Positions 1 through 10,485 are shown, numbered from the stretch's first letter. The stretch: 64,000 nucleotides of DNA from Armatimonadota bacterium (GCA_039811685.1 JBDHZC010000001.1:672001-736000); one strand, 5' to 3'. Translations and numbers: made by a program. The notes: a model not told the origin generated them from the letters alone.

Positions 1-170
1 AAACTCAAAGCCTCGGCTGGAGTTGTGACACCCCGCTTCAGCAACAACATCGCGCACGCGACGTGGAGGTCAACTGATCGGGCCAGTTCCAAAGCGGCGG
101 CCATCTCGGCCTCACTCGGTGGAGCTGAAATTACCCATTTTCTGGATGGCGCAGTAGCAGTCTGGAGCAC
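1..170 (-). CDS. recJ: single-stranded-DNA exonuclease RecJ, N-terminal fragment (runs off window)
   Basis: Manual translation from GTG at 170 gives MLQTATAPSRKWVISAPPSEAEMAAALELARSVDLHVACAMLLLKRGVTTPAEALSF, which resembles the RecJ N-terminus (LAxxLxLxxxxAxLLxxRG). recJ commonly follows secDF. Confidence 0.7.
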   Translation of the reverse strand, partial: MLQTATAPSRKWVISAPPSEAEMAAALELARSVDLHVACAMLLLKRGVTTPAEALS

Positions 171-213
171 GGTATCTCAGTATTTTCCAACGGACAGCTT
201 AGCTGTCCGCTTA

Positions 214-246
214 CCAAAACGGCGCCGCGCAGAAAGCGGCGCCGTT
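214..246 (-). terminator. intrinsic terminator downstream of secDF
   Basis: Perfect 11-bp stem AACGGCGCCGC/GCGGCGCCGTT, with a short U-run (TTTT) on the minus strand. Confidence 0.65.
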
Positions 247-298
247 CAAGCACATATCCATTATAAACCGCTGGCGCTCAGAAGAGCCAGATTTGATG

Positions 299-2722
299 TC
301 AGAATCGGCGTTTGCGCCGCTTCGGAGACCCGGTCTTCGAGCGAGTCTTGCCAGCGCCGTCATCCGACTCACCTCCACCGTACTCACCGGCATCTTCCGC
401 ACCAGAGACTCCGCTCGACGGCGCCGAAGGGCTTGGCGCCGGCTGAACCAGCGGCTTAAGCTCACGATCCGGACGCGCAGGAGACCCATGCGCCCAACGC
501 TCCCAGAGAACCAGCATCGGGCTTGCGTTGAAGATTGAAGAGTACGTTCCCGTGATGATACCCACAAGCAGCACCGCATTGAAGTGTTCAATAACTGATC
601 CACCCCAGATGAGCAGAGCTACAAGCACGAGCACAACGGTGAAAGAGGTGTTCACGGACCTTGCAAAGGACTGCAGAATCGAGCGGTTGACCATCTCCGG
701 GAAGCTCTCACCTTTGAGCCGGTGCTTCTGGTTTTCACGGATCCGGTCGAAGATGACGATGGTGTCATGGACGCTGAAGCCTACCATCGTCAACACAGCC
801 GTCACGTAGGAACTGTCAATCTCCCACCCCATAGTCTTGCCGAAGATAGCAGAGGCGCCAAGGACGACCAGCACGTCGTGTATCAACGCCAGCAGCGCAC
901 ACACGCCATACTTGAGACCTTCCACGAACCCACCCTGCGCAAAGCGGTAGGACAGATACAACATAATCGCGATGCCAGCCACGATCACGGCCATAATCGC
1001 GCGGTTGGTAGTCTCTTTTGAGATGGTGGATCCGACCTTGTCCGTCCGGACAACCTTGGAACCGGAAATCTTCTGCTCAATCGTTGAGCCCAATTCGCGC
1101 TGCTCGGAGATGCTGAGCTCCGGTGTGCGAACGTAGGCCGTGTAGTCTCCGGTCTGCTCTTTGGAGATCTGCACCTGAGCCTTGTAACCTTCGTTCTTTA
1201 GAACGGTGTTCATCTCTTCTGCCGTTACGGTGTGGTTGACAGAGACCTGCGTCATGGAACCGCCAGTGAGGTCGATGCCAGGCTTCAGACCGTGCGTCGC
1301 CAGGAAGTACAGACCGACAACGATGAAAATGCCGCTAATGGTGAACCACAGCGGCGTCTTGCCGATGATATCGAAGCCCTTCTCCCCAGGTTTAGCCTGT
1401 CCCCACTGCATTCCCAGTCCGTAGAGCCGCGCGTTTTGGGCAAATCCCGCATTGCTGACCATATGCAACAGCGTGCGGGTGACAGTGATAGCGGTGAACA
1501 TGCTGACAAGCACACCGATAGCAAGCGTCTTGGCGAAGCCGACAACCGGACCGCTGGTCAGTAGAACGAGAATCAGACAGGTAATGAGGGTGCAGACATT
1601 GGAGTCCAGAATAGCAGTCCACGCTCTGCTGAATCCGGCGTCAATCGCGCTATGAAGAGTCTTGCCGCCGCGCAACTCCTCTTTTGTGCGCTCAAAGATT
1701 AGAATATTGGCGTCCACGGCCATCCCGATGGACAGGATGAAACCCGCGTAGCCGGGCAGAGTCATCGTAACCTGCATGATTTTGAAGATGGCGAAGGTGA
1801 AGAGCGTGTACATGCACAGCGCCAACACCGCCATAACTCCAGGCAGCAGGTAGTAAACAATCATGAAGGCGACGACAGCTCCCAGGCCGATGATGCCCGC
1901 CAGCATGCTTTGCCTGACATACTGGCTCCCGAGAGTGGCCTCAACGACGTTTTGCTCCACAATAACCAGAGGCACAGGCATCGCGCCGGCGTTCAGATTG
2001 TTAGCCAAGTCCTGGGCGCTCTGGATATCAAAGCTGCCGCTGATCTCCGCTCGGCCGTTGAGGATCGGTTCTTTAATCTTCGGCGCGCTGAGAATCTCTC
2101 CGTTCAGCACCATCGCCAGAACATCACCAACATGACGCCGTGTGAAATCCGCGAACTTCTTTCTGCCGCTTGGCTTGAACTGCACATCCACAGTCACCTT
2201 CATGCCCTGGATGTTCGCGACTGAATTGGGCTCAAGGTCCGCGCCAGTGAGAATCACCTCTCCCTGCTCCAACACCTTCTTTGTGGGAACATCCTCTCCG
2301 TCTGGGCCAATAAAGCTCTGACCATCGCTGCCCATCTGAATGGGCCCGGTAGGATTGCCTTCAGAGTTGACGGTTTTTAGATAGATGAACTCCAGGTTTG
2401 TGCGGGCACGGAGCTGATCGGCAATCTGGTCCTTGTTCTTTACGTCTGGAATCTCGACGATAAACTGATCCGCTCCCTTGCGCTGAACAACGGGCTCCGC
2501 TACGCCCGTTTTGTTGACGCGCTTCTCAAGGATGTTGAGAATAGTGCTCTGCATGGAGGGTTTGTAGGAGGATTTGGCCGACGGGTCAACCTGATAGACA
2601 ACACGCATTCCACCCGCGATGTCCAAACCGCGCCGGAGCTTGATGCGTGGTGAGGCCACAATAAAGGCGGCGATGGCAACCAGCACCAGAATAACGAAAA
2701 ACCACTGACGATAACGGGTCAA
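299..2722 (-). CDS. secDF: protein translocase subunit SecDF (fused SecD-SecF)
   Basis: Motifs GLDIAGG, IGMAVDANILIFER, GIDLTGG and VHDTIVIFDRIRE; RBS GAGGAGG upstream of the TTG start. Confidence 0.97.
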   Translation of the reverse strand: MTRYRQWFFVILVLVAIAAFIVASPRIKLRRGLDIAGGMRVVYQVDPSAKSSYKPSMQSTILNILEKRVNKTGVAEPVVQRKGADQFIVEIPDVKNKDQIADQLRARTNLEFIYLKTVNSEGNPTGPIQMGSDGQSFIGPDGEDVPTKKVLEQGEVILTGADLEPNSVANIQGMKVTVDVQFKPSGRKKFADFTRRHVGDVLAMVLNGEILSAPKIKEPILNGRAEISGSFDIQSAQDLANNLNAGAMPVPLVIVEQNVVEATLGSQYVRQSMLAGIIGLGAVVAFMIVYYLLPGVMAVLALCMYTLFTFAIFKIMQVTMTLPGYAGFILSIGMAVDANILIFERTKEELRGGKTLHSAIDAGFSRAWTAILDSNVCTLITCLILVLLTSGPVVGFAKTLAIGVLVSMFTAITVTRTLLHMVSNAGFAQNARLYGLGMQWGQAKPGEKGFDIIGKTPLWFTISGIFIVVGLYFLATHGLKPGIDLTGGSMTQVSVNHTVTAEEMNTVLKNEGYKAQVQISKEQTGDYTAYVRTPELSISEQRELGSTIEQKISGSKVVRTDKVGSTISKETTNRAIMAVIVAGIAIMLYLSYRFAQGGFVEGLKYGVCALLALIHDVLVVLGASAIFGKTMGWEIDSSYVTAVLTMVGFSVHDTIVIFDRIRENQKHRLKGESFPEMVNRSILQSFARSVNTSFTVVLVLVALLIWGGSVIEHFNAVLLVGIITGTYSSIFNASPMLVLWERWAHGSPARPDRELKPLVQPAPSPSAPSSGVSGAEDAGEYGGGESDDGAGKTRSKTGSPKRRKRRF

Positions 2723-2816
2723 ACTGCATCCTCCTCTGGACGCGAGCGCACTTCGGCCAGGACGCCGGCAGGGGCAGTACGCTTGCTACAAAGCCCAGAC
2801 ACGCAGGCTGGCATCG

Positions 2817-2963
2817 TTAGTTTTTAGCCAGCCCGGCAAACTGCCTGTATTGGGGACAGGGGATCACCACTACCTTGCGCCTTCCCTGCGCGCATTCATT
2901 CAAAAAGTCGCAACATTCAACAGGGCACTCCGGCGCGTAATGAGCACCCACAAGGGTGATCAC
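2817..2963 (-). CDS. putative 48-aa Cys-rich small protein / uORF upstream of secDF
   Basis: GTG..TAA ORF MITLVGAHYAPECPVECCDFLNECAQGRRKVVVIPCPQYRQFAGLAKN with GGAG upstream; it lies between a strong promoter and secDF. Confidence 0.4.
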   Translation of the reverse strand: MITLVGAHYAPECPVECCDFLNECAQGRRKVVVIPCPQYRQFAGLAKN

Positions 2964-3049
2964 GTTCTCCGCCCGGACAGTATTGTCAGCTTCGCACAGC
3001 CGCGAGCTAACTACGATAGACCGCCCCTTACCCGGGCGAGCGCCGCGCT

Positions 3050-3079
3050 ATTATATCGGTCGGTGTTTTCGGGTGTCAA
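3050..3079 (-). promoter_or_regulatory. sigma70-type promoter for the secDF leader
   Basis: Exact TTGACA-N18-TATAAT on the minus strand, followed by a GC-rich discriminator. Confidence 0.75.
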
Positions 3080-3138
3080 CTTGAGAGAAAGACTGACTCA
3101 GGAGTTCTCCGGCAAGCGGTCGCGCACACCCGACGTTT

Positions 3139-4746
3139 CTACTCCACGTTTTCCGAGGCTTCGCCGGAGCGCCTGTGCATCAGTCCGTACTCGACACTGT
3201 CCACCAGCGCCTGCCAGCTTGCCTCAACCAGGTTTGGCGACACCCCCACAGTACTCCATGTGTGACCATCAGAGTCCTGCGAGTCGATGACCGTGCGAAC
3301 GCGTGCCGCCGTTCCTTCTTTCGTATTTACCACACGGACTTTGAAGTCCGTCAAGCGGATATCGTTCAGATCCGGATAGAAAAAGCCCAGAGCCTTGCGG
3401 AGTGCTGTGTCCAGTGCGTGAACAGGACCGTCGCCCTCCCCAACCGTGTGCATTTCCCTGTCGTCCACCATTATTTTGATGGTCGCCTCAGTGATGGGCT
3501 CTTCCTGCGGATTACGTTTCTCGACTATCACTCTGAAGCTGAGCAGATCGAAGAGCTTTCGATAACCGCCAGTCGCCTTGGCCAAGAGCAGTTCGAAGGA
3601 GCCTTCAGCAGACTCATAGCTGTAGCCCTGATTCTCGCGATGGACGATTTCACTGAGCACGGCCCGCGCTTCCGGACTGGACTTCTGCATATCCAGACCG
3701 TGCTTCTGAGCTTTGGCTACAACATTCGCGGCGCCAGAGAGTTCGCTGATAAGAATGCGCTGGGCATTGCCCACCAGTTCTGGTCGAATGTGCTCGTACG
3801 TTTCGCGGTGTTTGAGGACGGCATCCACGTGGATACCGCCCTTGTGCGCAAAAGCCGAAGCTCCCACGTATGGCTGACGATTGTCCGGCGTGACATTGGC
3901 TACTTCATCGACATAGTTGGACACATAGGTCAGCCGCTCCAGCCGCCCTTCGGGAAGGCATTGGAAACCGAGCTTGAGCTCAAGCGTGGGAATGACTGAG
4001 CACAGGTTGGCGTTCCCGCAGCGCTCACCGTAACCGTTAATGGTTCCGTGAACGTGCATGGCGCCTTCCTGAACCGCCGCCACTGAGTTCGCCACTCCAA
4101 ATCCGCTGTCGTTATGGACGTGGATACCCAGCGGATGGGAGAGGCTGTCCCTGACCGCCCCGACTATCGCCCGAATCTCTTCAGGCAGTGAGCCACCGTT
4201 TGTATCGCACAGAACGAGCACATCCGCCCCACCCTGCCTGGCCGCTTCTACACACTTCAGCGCGTAATCGCTGTTCGCTTTGTACCCATCAAAGAAATGC
4301 TCCGCGTCATAAATGACGTGCCGCCCCGCCGCCTTGAGAAACGCGACTGAGTCCTGGATCATGCGCAGATTTTCTTCGAGCGGCAGGCGCAGCGCTTTCT
4401 TGACGTGGAGATCCCAGGACTTGCCAAAGATGGCTATGGCCTGCGCCTGACTTTCGACAAGCGCCTGGAGATTGGGGTCATCCTCGGGAGCAATATTGCC
4501 GCGCCGGGTGCTCCCAAACGCCGTGATGCGTGCGTCCTTCCACTCAACGTCGCGGGCGCGCTCGAAGAACTCTCGATCTTTGTCGTTGGACCCTGGCCAC
4601 CCACCCTCAATGAAGGCTACACCAAGGCGATCGAGCTGACGCGCGATGCGCAGCTTGTCCTCCACCGAGAAGGCGATCCCTTCGGCTTGTGACCCATCTC
4701 TGAGCGTGGTGTCAAAGATCTCTACGCGTCGCTTGTCCTCCTTCAT
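3139..4746 (-). CDS. cimA: citramalate synthase
   Basis: [27 protein letters not shown] and HKGGIH motifs; LeuA-type regulatory domain (GDGPVHALD). Confidence 0.9.
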   Translation of the reverse strand: MKEDKRRVEIFDTTLRDGSQAEGIAFSVEDKLRIARQLDRLGVAFIEGGWPGSNDKDREFFERARDVEWKDARITAFGSTRRGNIAPEDDPNLQALVESQAQAIAIFGKSWDLHVKKALRLPLEENLRMIQDSVAFLKAAGRHVIYDAEHFFDGYKANSDYALKCVEAARQGGADVLVLCDTNGGSLPEEIRAIVGAVRDSLSHPLGIHVHNDSGFGVANSVAAVQEGAMHVHGTINGYGERCGNANLCSVIPTLELKLGFQCLPEGRLERLTYVSNYVDEVANVTPDNRQPYVGASAFAHKGGIHVDAVLKHRETYEHIRPELVGNAQRILISELSGAANVVAKAQKHGLDMQKSSPEARAVLSEIVHRENQGYSYESAEGSFELLLAKATGGYRKLFDLLSFRVIVEKRNPQEEPITEATIKIMVDDREMHTVGEGDGPVHALDTALRKALGFFYPDLNDIRLTDFKVRVVNTKEGTAARVRTVIDSQDSDGHTWSTVGVSPNLVEASWQALVDSVEYGLMHRRSGEASENVE

Positions 4747-6299
4747 ACCGTTCCACCTTCCCGTTTGCCAGTGCGCTTCTGCTGGTAGTACACCAGTTTG
4801 TTGATGGCCTGCAGATAGGCCCTGGCGCTGGACAACACTACGTCCAGAGTCGCAGCGCGGCCGGTGTATATATTGGAGCCATCACTCACTTTGACTGTGA
4901 CCTCCGCAATAGAATCAGTTCCTCCTGTAACCGCTCGAACAACATAGTCAACGAGTTTGTGCTCCTCGTCGATCATCTCGTCTATCGTCTTGTAAACTGA
5001 GTCCACACAGCCAACGCCAATAGCAGCCGCCTGCTTTGTGGTATCACCGTTCTTGAGGCGAATGCTGGCCGCGGGCAGTCCATCCAGGCTGCTCATCACG
5101 TTCAGATGCTGCAACGCGTAAATCTCGGGGATGCTGTGCGTTTCGTCGGAAACGATGGCCTCCAGATCTTCGTCGTAAACATCCTTCTTCTTGTCCGCCA
5201 ACTCCTTGAAGCGTCTGAATGAGCGATCCAGGTCTTCTTTGCTCAGCTCGTAGCCCATCTGCTTCAGGCGTTGATCGAATGCGTGACGGCCGGAATGCTT
5301 GCCCAGCACCAGCTTGTGCTCTCTGATACCGACAGATTCCGGCGTCATGATCTCGTATGTCCGGCGATTGGCCAGAATTCCGTGCTGGTGGATGCCCGCT
5401 TCGTGCGCAAAGGCGTTGGCGCCGACAATCGCCTTATTCGGCTGCACCACCATCCCGGTAATCTCCGAGACCATACGGCTGGTACGCGTGATCTCTTCGG
5501 TTACAATATCGGTGCTCAGGCTGTACAGGTCTGGACGCGTACGCAGCGCCATGACAATCTCCTCCAGCGCCGCATTTCCCGCTCGCTCACCGATGCCGTT
5601 TATCGTACACTCAACCTGCCGGGCGCCGTTCTGCAAAGCCGACAGAGTGTTGGCGACCGCCAACCCCAGATCGTTGTGACAGTGAACGCTGATGACAGCG
5701 CGGTCAATGTTTGGAACGCGGCTTTTCAGCGCGCCAATCAGCGCCCCGAACTCCTGCGGAGTTGAATAGCCCACAGTGTCCGGGATATTTACAGTGCCAG
5801 CGCCCGCTTCAATGACCGCTTCCACAACCGCGCACAGGTAGTCAATATCCGAACGCGAGGCGTCCTCGGGAGAGAACTCGACATCGTCGCAATACTGCTT
5901 CGCGCGCTTCACCGCCGCGACCGCGCGCTCCAACACCTCTTCCCGCGTCATGCGCAGTTTGTGCTCCAGGTGTACGTCAGAGGTTGCGATGAATGTGTGG
6001 ATGCGAGGCTTTTCTGCGCCTTTCAGAGCTTCGCCAGCTCTGTCCACATCCGCGTTCACTGCGCGAGCCAGGCCCGCAATGGACGGGCCACCCTTAATCT
6101 CACTGGCGACTCGCTTCACGGCCTCAAAGTCGCCGTCGCTGGCAATTGGGAAACCAGCTTCAATGACATCGATGTTCAGCCGCGCCAACTGCCTTGCGAC
6201 CTGCAGCTTCTCTTCGATGTTCATGCTTGCTCCGGGCGACTGTTCGCCGTCCCGCAGCGTCGTATCAAAAACGATTACTCTATTCTTATCCTGTGACAT
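4743..6299 (-). CDS. leuA: 2-isopropylmalate synthase
   Basis: [35 protein letters not shown] and LGKHSGR motifs. Confidence 0.95.
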   Translation of the reverse strand: MSQDKNRVIVFDTTLRDGEQSPGASMNIEEKLQVARQLARLNIDVIEAGFPIASDGDFEAVKRVASEIKGGPSIAGLARAVNADVDRAGEALKGAEKPRIHTFIATSDVHLEHKLRMTREEVLERAVAAVKRAKQYCDDVEFSPEDASRSDIDYLCAVVEAVIEAGAGTVNIPDTVGYSTPQEFGALIGALKSRVPNIDRAVISVHCHNDLGLAVANTLSALQNGARQVECTINGIGERAGNAALEEIVMALRTRPDLYSLSTDIVTEEITRTSRMVSEITGMVVQPNKAIVGANAFAHEAGIHQHGILANRRTYEIMTPESVGIREHKLVLGKHSGRHAFDQRLKQMGYELSKEDLDRSFRRFKELADKKKDVYDEDLEAIVSDETHSIPEIYALQHLNVMSSLDGLPAASIRLKNGDTTKQAAAIGVGCVDSVYKTIDEMIDEEHKLVDYVVRAVTGGTDSIAEVTVKVSDGSNIYTGRAATLDVVLSSARAYLQAINKLVYYQQKRTGKREGGTV

Positions 6300-6393
6300 T
6301 TGAGCTTATTCCTTACGCTTATATTGGCCTTGAGACACTTCCGCCCTTTGTGCTGGCGCGAGTGGAAAAGGCCCGGCTGGCGCCGTCGATTCT

Positions 6394-6540
6394 TCAGAAA
6401 GGAGCCGTGGCCAGGTGGCCCGCCTGCAGCCCGTGACAGTGGGCTGCAGGCAAGATAAGCGCGAGGATCAGCCCCACCAGACCCAGCAGCCGCCCCCGGC
6501 CCGCAGCAATGGCGCCGCCGGAGATAGCCATGTTCTTCAT
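6394..6540 (-). CDS. putative Leu-rich leader peptide of leuA
   Basis: ATG..TGA 48 aa MKNMAISGGAIAAGRGRLLGLVGLILALILPAAHCHGLQAGHLATAPF; the Leu cluster is immediately followed by a perfect 11-bp hairpin (6422-6451). Confidence 0.6.
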   Translation of the reverse strand: MKNMAISGGAIAAGRGRLLGLVGLILALILPAAHCHGLQAGHLATAPF

Positions 6541-6593
6541 TGTGAAGTTAGCCGATTGGTGAGTCACACGTTCCTCCGAACACAGAACGAAGC

Positions 6594-7658
6594 TTACTTC
6601 TTTGCTTTTTGCGTTTTCTTATCGGATTTGTCTCCGCTGTGCGGTCCCAAGTCCAATGCCTGTTTCGCTTTGATAAACGGCATCATAGCTCGCAGATTCT
6701 TACCGACCGCCTCGATCTGTGAAGCGTCCGATATTCTGCGGTTTGCATTTAACACTGGCTGATTTGCCGTGTTTTCGAGCATCCATTCCCGCGCAAACTG
6801 CCCGGTCTGGATTTCACTCAAAATCTTCTTCATCTCAGCGCGAGTCTCATCAGTGATGACGCGCTTCCCGCGACTGTAATCCCCGTACTCAGCGGTGTTG
6901 CTGATGGAGTAGCGCATGCCGGCCAGACCGGCCTCGTAAATCAGGTCCACAATCAGCTTCATCTCGTGAACGCACTCAAAATAGGCGATCTCGGGTTGAT
7001 ACCCCGCGTTCACCAGTGTCTGAAAGCCAGCCTGAATGAGCGCTGAAGTGCCTCCGCACAGAACAACCTGCTCCCCGAAGAGATCGGTTTCTGTCTCTTC
7101 CTGGAAGGTGGTCTCCAGCACGCCGACACGCGCAGCGCCAATCCCGTTAGCGTACGCCAGCGCCTTGTCCCTCGCTTTGCCGGAAGCATCCTGGTGAACG
7201 GCGATCAACGCCGGTACACCAGCTCCCTCGGTATAGGTGCGGCGCACGAGATGGCCTGGCCCCTTGGGCGCAACCATGAATACATCAACATCCTTCGGTG
7301 GGACAATCTGCCCAAAATGGATGTTGAATCCGTGCGAGAACATTATTGACTTGCCCGCCTTCAGATGCGGCGCTATCTCTGATCGGTATATCCCCGCCGC
7401 AGTTTCATCGGGCAGCAGAATATTAATGATGTCACCCTGTCTGGCTGCTTCCGCTACGGAGAGTGGCTCGAAGCCATGCTCTACAGCCAGTTTGTGGTTT
7501 GCGCTACCCTGGCGCGTGCTGATGACAACGTCCAATCCGCTGTCGCGCAAGTTCTGCGCCTGTGCATGACCCTGCGAGCCATAGCCAATGACAGCTATAC
7601 GCTTCCCTTTGAGAATATCAATCTTTGCGTCTGATTCGTAATAGACCTTTGCAGGCAA
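6594..7658 (-). CDS. ilvC: ketol-acid reductoisomerase
   Basis: [27 protein letters not shown] and [10 protein letters not shown] motifs. Confidence 0.97.
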   Translation of the reverse strand: MPAKVYYESDAKIDILKGKRIAVIGYGSQGHAQAQNLRDSGLDVVISTRQGSANHKLAVEHGFEPLSVAEAARQGDIINILLPDETAAGIYRSEIAPHLKAGKSIMFSHGFNIHFGQIVPPKDVDVFMVAPKGPGHLVRRTYTEGAGVPALIAVHQDASGKARDKALAYANGIGAARVGVLETTFQEETETDLFGEQVVLCGGTSALIQAGFQTLVNAGYQPEIAYFECVHEMKLIVDLIYEAGLAGMRYSISNTAEYGDYSRGKRVITDETRAEMKKILSEIQTGQFAREWMLENTANQPVLNANRRISDASQIEAVGKNLRAMMPFIKAKQALDLGPHSGDKSDKKTQKAKK

Positions 7659-7684
7659 CTGGTGTCCTCCTTACGGCTGGGACC

Positions 7685-7728
7685 TTGGACGCGCTGCCGA
7701 CATGAGCTTAGCGTCGATGCGCGTCCAA
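7685..7728. other. intergenic stem-loop between ilvN and ilvC
   Basis: Perfect 10-bp inverted repeat TTGGACGCGC/GCGCGTCCAA with no clear U-tract. Confidence 0.45.
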
Positions 7729-7752
7729 AGAACCTGTAAGCCTCAGTATAGC

Positions 7753-8286
7753 TTAGCTCTGAGCAGCGGTGCGAGCTCCCCTGACGAGAGCGATCCGGCC
7801 TGTGCGCACCAACTCGCGGATTCCGTACGGCCGCAACAGTTGCTCAAAGGCTGATATCTTCTCAACGTCCCCTGTCACTTCAACTGTGAAGGTTGTCTCA
7901 CTGATGTCAATGATGCTGGCCCGAAATATCTCCACGAGCTGCATTATCTCTCCGCGCCTGGGCGTCTCCGCGTTGACCTTAATCAGCGCCAGCTCGCGCT
8001 CCATCATTGGCATGTCAGTGTAGTCCGCAACCTTGACCACGTCCACGAGTTTGCTGAGCTGCTTGGTGATCTGATCCAGAATGTAGGCGTCGCCCGTACA
8101 GACGACTGTCATCCTGGACATGGTTGGATCCTCGGTTATGCTGACCGCGAGAGAATCTACATTGTAACCACGCCGCGCGAAAAGCCCTGCGACACGGGCG
8201 AGAACTCCCGGCCGGTTCTCCACCAGAATTGTAATTGTGTGCTGCTGGCCAAGCTGCTGGCCGCCTTTGGATGCTATTGTTGGCAT
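7753..8286 (-). CDS. ilvN: acetolactate synthase small (regulatory) subunit
   Basis: ACT domain VENRPGVLARVAGLFARRGYNV; ERELALIKV; ELVRTG. Confidence 0.95.
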   Translation of the reverse strand: MPTIASKGGQQLGQQHTITILVENRPGVLARVAGLFARRGYNVDSLAVSITEDPTMSRMTVVCTGDAYILDQITKQLSKLVDVVKVADYTDMPMMERELALIKVNAETPRRGEIMQLVEIFRASIIDISETTFTVEVTGDVEKISAFEQLLRPYGIRELVRTGRIALVRGARTAAQS

Positions 8287-8316
8287 TCCTGTTCCTCCTC
8301 TAAGTTCCTGCGACCG

Positions 8317-10086
8317 CTATCTTGGCTTTTCGACCAACATCTGCTGAATTGTCTGTCCGGCCGGAATCATCGGCAGGCAGTTCTCTTCTGGCGCGACCTG
8401 GAAGTCAATGACAACCGGACGATCGGTAACACTGTTAGCTTCGTCAATGGCCGCGCGCACTTCGGACGGCTTCTGAACTTTGATGCCCACAGCTCCGTAT
8501 GCGTCAGCCAACTTGACGAAGTCAGGCTGATAGCTGAGGTCAACAGCGCTCAGGCGCTGATCGTAGAACATCTGCTGCCACTGCCGCACCATCCCCAGAC
8601 AGAAATTGTTGATAATGGCAATCTTGACGGGTATTTTGTGCTGGACCGCCGGCATCAACTCCTCATTGGTCATGATGAACGAGCCATCGCCATCCACCAG
8701 CCAGACCGGACGATCAGTCACTCCAACCGCCGCGCCTATTGCGGCTGGCAAGCCAAAACCCATGGTCCCCAGCCCACCACTGGTAACAAAGCTGCGCGGA
8801 TGCTTGCAGCGGTAGAACTGCGCCGCCCACATCTGATGCTGTCCAACACCGGTCGCAACAATAGCCTCGCCGTCTGTAGCCTTAAACAGCTCATCGCAGA
8901 CGTGCTGCGGGTACAGGACCTCATTCTGTCCGGTGGGATACCAGAGCGGAAACTCAGTCTTCCACGCGTCAACCTGTTCGTTCCAGGCAGTCCGGGGCCT
9001 GTCCTTCACCAGCGGGATCAGCGCGTTGAGAACCTGCTTGCAATCGCCAATCAGGCTCACGTCCGGAATATAGACCTTGCCGTGCTCAGCCGGGTCTATA
9101 TCGATATGGATAGTTTTCGCGCCCGTCGCCCAGGAATCCAGCTTGCCCGTAACACGGTCATCGAAGCGCGCCCCGATGTTTATCAGCAGATCGCACTGGT
9201 CCACGGCCATATTGGCGTACGCGGTGCCATGCATCCCAAGCATGCCCAGGGACAACTCGGCGGTCTCGTCAAAAGCACCCTTACCCATCAATGTGTTGGT
9301 GACGGGAATATTGGTCTTGCGTGCCAGCTCCGTCACCTGGTCGTAGGCTCCTGAAGAGATCGCGCCGCCGCCAATGTAAAGCACCGGCCTTTCGGCCTCG
9401 TCAATCATCCGCGCGGCCATTTCGATATTGTCTATGTTGAAGATACCGTCCGGGTTGTACGAGCGAATGCGCACGTCCTCAATCTTCTCGTACTCAATCT
9501 GGGCCAGGCCAATATCCATCGGGATATCCACCAGAACCGGTCCGGGTCTGCCCGAAGAAGCGATATAGAACGCTTCAGCGATAATGCGCGGGATTGCCGT
9601 CGGGTCTGTCACGAGATAGTTGTGCTTGGTGATCGGCAAAGTGATACCCGTGATGTCCGCTTCCTGGAACGCATCCTTCCCGAGGCTGGTCGTGCGCACC
9701 TGCCCTGTGATAGCCACCATCGGAACCGAGTCCATCATTGCGTTGCAGATGCCTGTCACCAGGTTTGTCGCACCCGGACCCGAGGTTGAGAAGCAGACTC
9801 CGACTTTACCCGTTGCGCGGGCGTAGCCGTCCGCCATATGAGCGGCGCCCTGCTCGTGTCCGACCAGAATATGACTCAGGCCACCTTCATCGTAGAGCAC
9901 GTCATACGCCGGCAACATAACACCGCCAGGTATTCCAAATACCACGTCGCAACCCTGATCCTTGAGCGCCAGCAACAGTGCCCTCGCGCCACTGACAAGT
10001 TTCCCGTCATCTCTGGGACGCGCGGAGCTGGATCCCTTCGTCTGATAAGTCTGAATGCTCGATTTCTTTGGATTTGAACTAGCCAT
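8317..10086 (-). CDS. ilvB: acetolactate synthase large subunit, biosynthetic type
   Basis: HEQGAAHMADGYAR, SGPGATN, GVGQHQMW and the GDGSF TPP motif; start placed at ATG 10086 after GGAGGGAG. Confidence 0.96.
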   Translation of the reverse strand: MASSNPKKSSIQTYQTKGSSSARPRDDGKLVSGARALLLALKDQGCDVVFGIPGGVMLPAYDVLYDEGGLSHILVGHEQGAAHMADGYARATGKVGVCFSTSGPGATNLVTGICNAMMDSVPMVAITGQVRTTSLGKDAFQEADITGITLPITKHNYLVTDPTAIPRIIAEAFYIASSGRPGPVLVDIPMDIGLAQIEYEKIEDVRIRSYNPDGIFNIDNIEMAARMIDEAERPVLYIGGGAISSGAYDQVTELARKTNIPVTNTLMGKGAFDETAELSLGMLGMHGTAYANMAVDQCDLLINIGARFDDRVTGKLDSWATGAKTIHIDIDPAEHGKVYIPDVSLIGDCKQVLNALIPLVKDRPRTAWNEQVDAWKTEFPLWYPTGQNEVLYPQHVCDELFKATDGEAIVATGVGQHQMWAAQFYRCKHPRSFVTSGGLGTMGFGLPAAIGAAVGVTDRPVWLVDGDGSFIMTNEELMPAVQHKIPVKIAIINNFCLGMVRQWQQMFYDQRLSAVDLSYQPDFVKLADAYGAVGIKVQKPSEVRAAIDEANSVTDRPVVIDFQVAPEENCLPMIPAGQTIQQMLVEKPR

Positions 10087-10226
10087 TTCTGATTCTCCCT
10101 CCATCCATACCTGCGAGATATGAATGGCTCACACTGCGCGACCCCGACAATCTCAGTAGCCACGCACGTCACCCGAAGCTCTCTTTGTGAGCACAAGTCT
10201 CACAGTTCGTCCGAATTCCGGGCAAC

Positions 10227-10262
10227 AAAAAACCCCTCGCCCTGCCACCGGGTCGAGAGGTC
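10227..10262 (-). terminator. attenuator terminator upstream of ilvB
   Basis: Minus strand reads ACCTCTCGACCC-GGTGGCA-GGGCGAGGGGT-TTTTT. Confidence 0.7.
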
Positions 10263-10407
10263 TGTGAAATACTCTGGACGCTTGTTCTGCCAGTCTTGCT
10301 TTCTACAGTTTTCTGGCTTTACAGATATCGGATTCTCAAATCTCTCGGAGTGCAGGGCCTACAGCTCGCCGCCTCTGGCCGGGACATAAAGCCCTGCAGC
10401 CGGGCGG

Positions 10408-10485
10408 CTAGCCTACTACGACGAGGCTAAGAAGAAGTGCCCCGCCGCTGATAATGCTGATACCGATAAGCCTGCCGCTCAACAT
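10408..10485 (-). CDS. ilvB operon leader peptide (Ile/Leu/Val-rich)
   Basis: ATG..TAG 25 aa MLSGRLIGISIISGGALLLSLVVVG, between the promoter and the terminator upstream of ilvB. Confidence 0.8.
   Translation of the reverse strand: MLSGRLIGISIISGGALLLSLVVVG

Noticed and set aside
191..209. Palindrome CGGACAGCT-T-AGCTGTCCG upstream of recJ
   Set aside because: Single occurrence, with no second copy found to support an operator or REP-like repeat
2770..3035. secDF leader as 6S, SRP, tmRNA or RNase P RNA
   Set aside because: Rod-like pairing is visible, but none of the diagnostic sequence motifs I know (SRP helix 8, tmRNA tRNA-like ends, RNase P GAGGAAAGUCC) are present; kept only as an unassigned leader
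8239..9354. Long antisense ORFs (e.g. 8239-9354, 3175-3999, 12694-13623, 28205-29092, 39275-40093, 58770-59864)
   Set aside because: Shadows of well-supported genes on the opposite strand in GC-rich DNA, with no recognisable motifs
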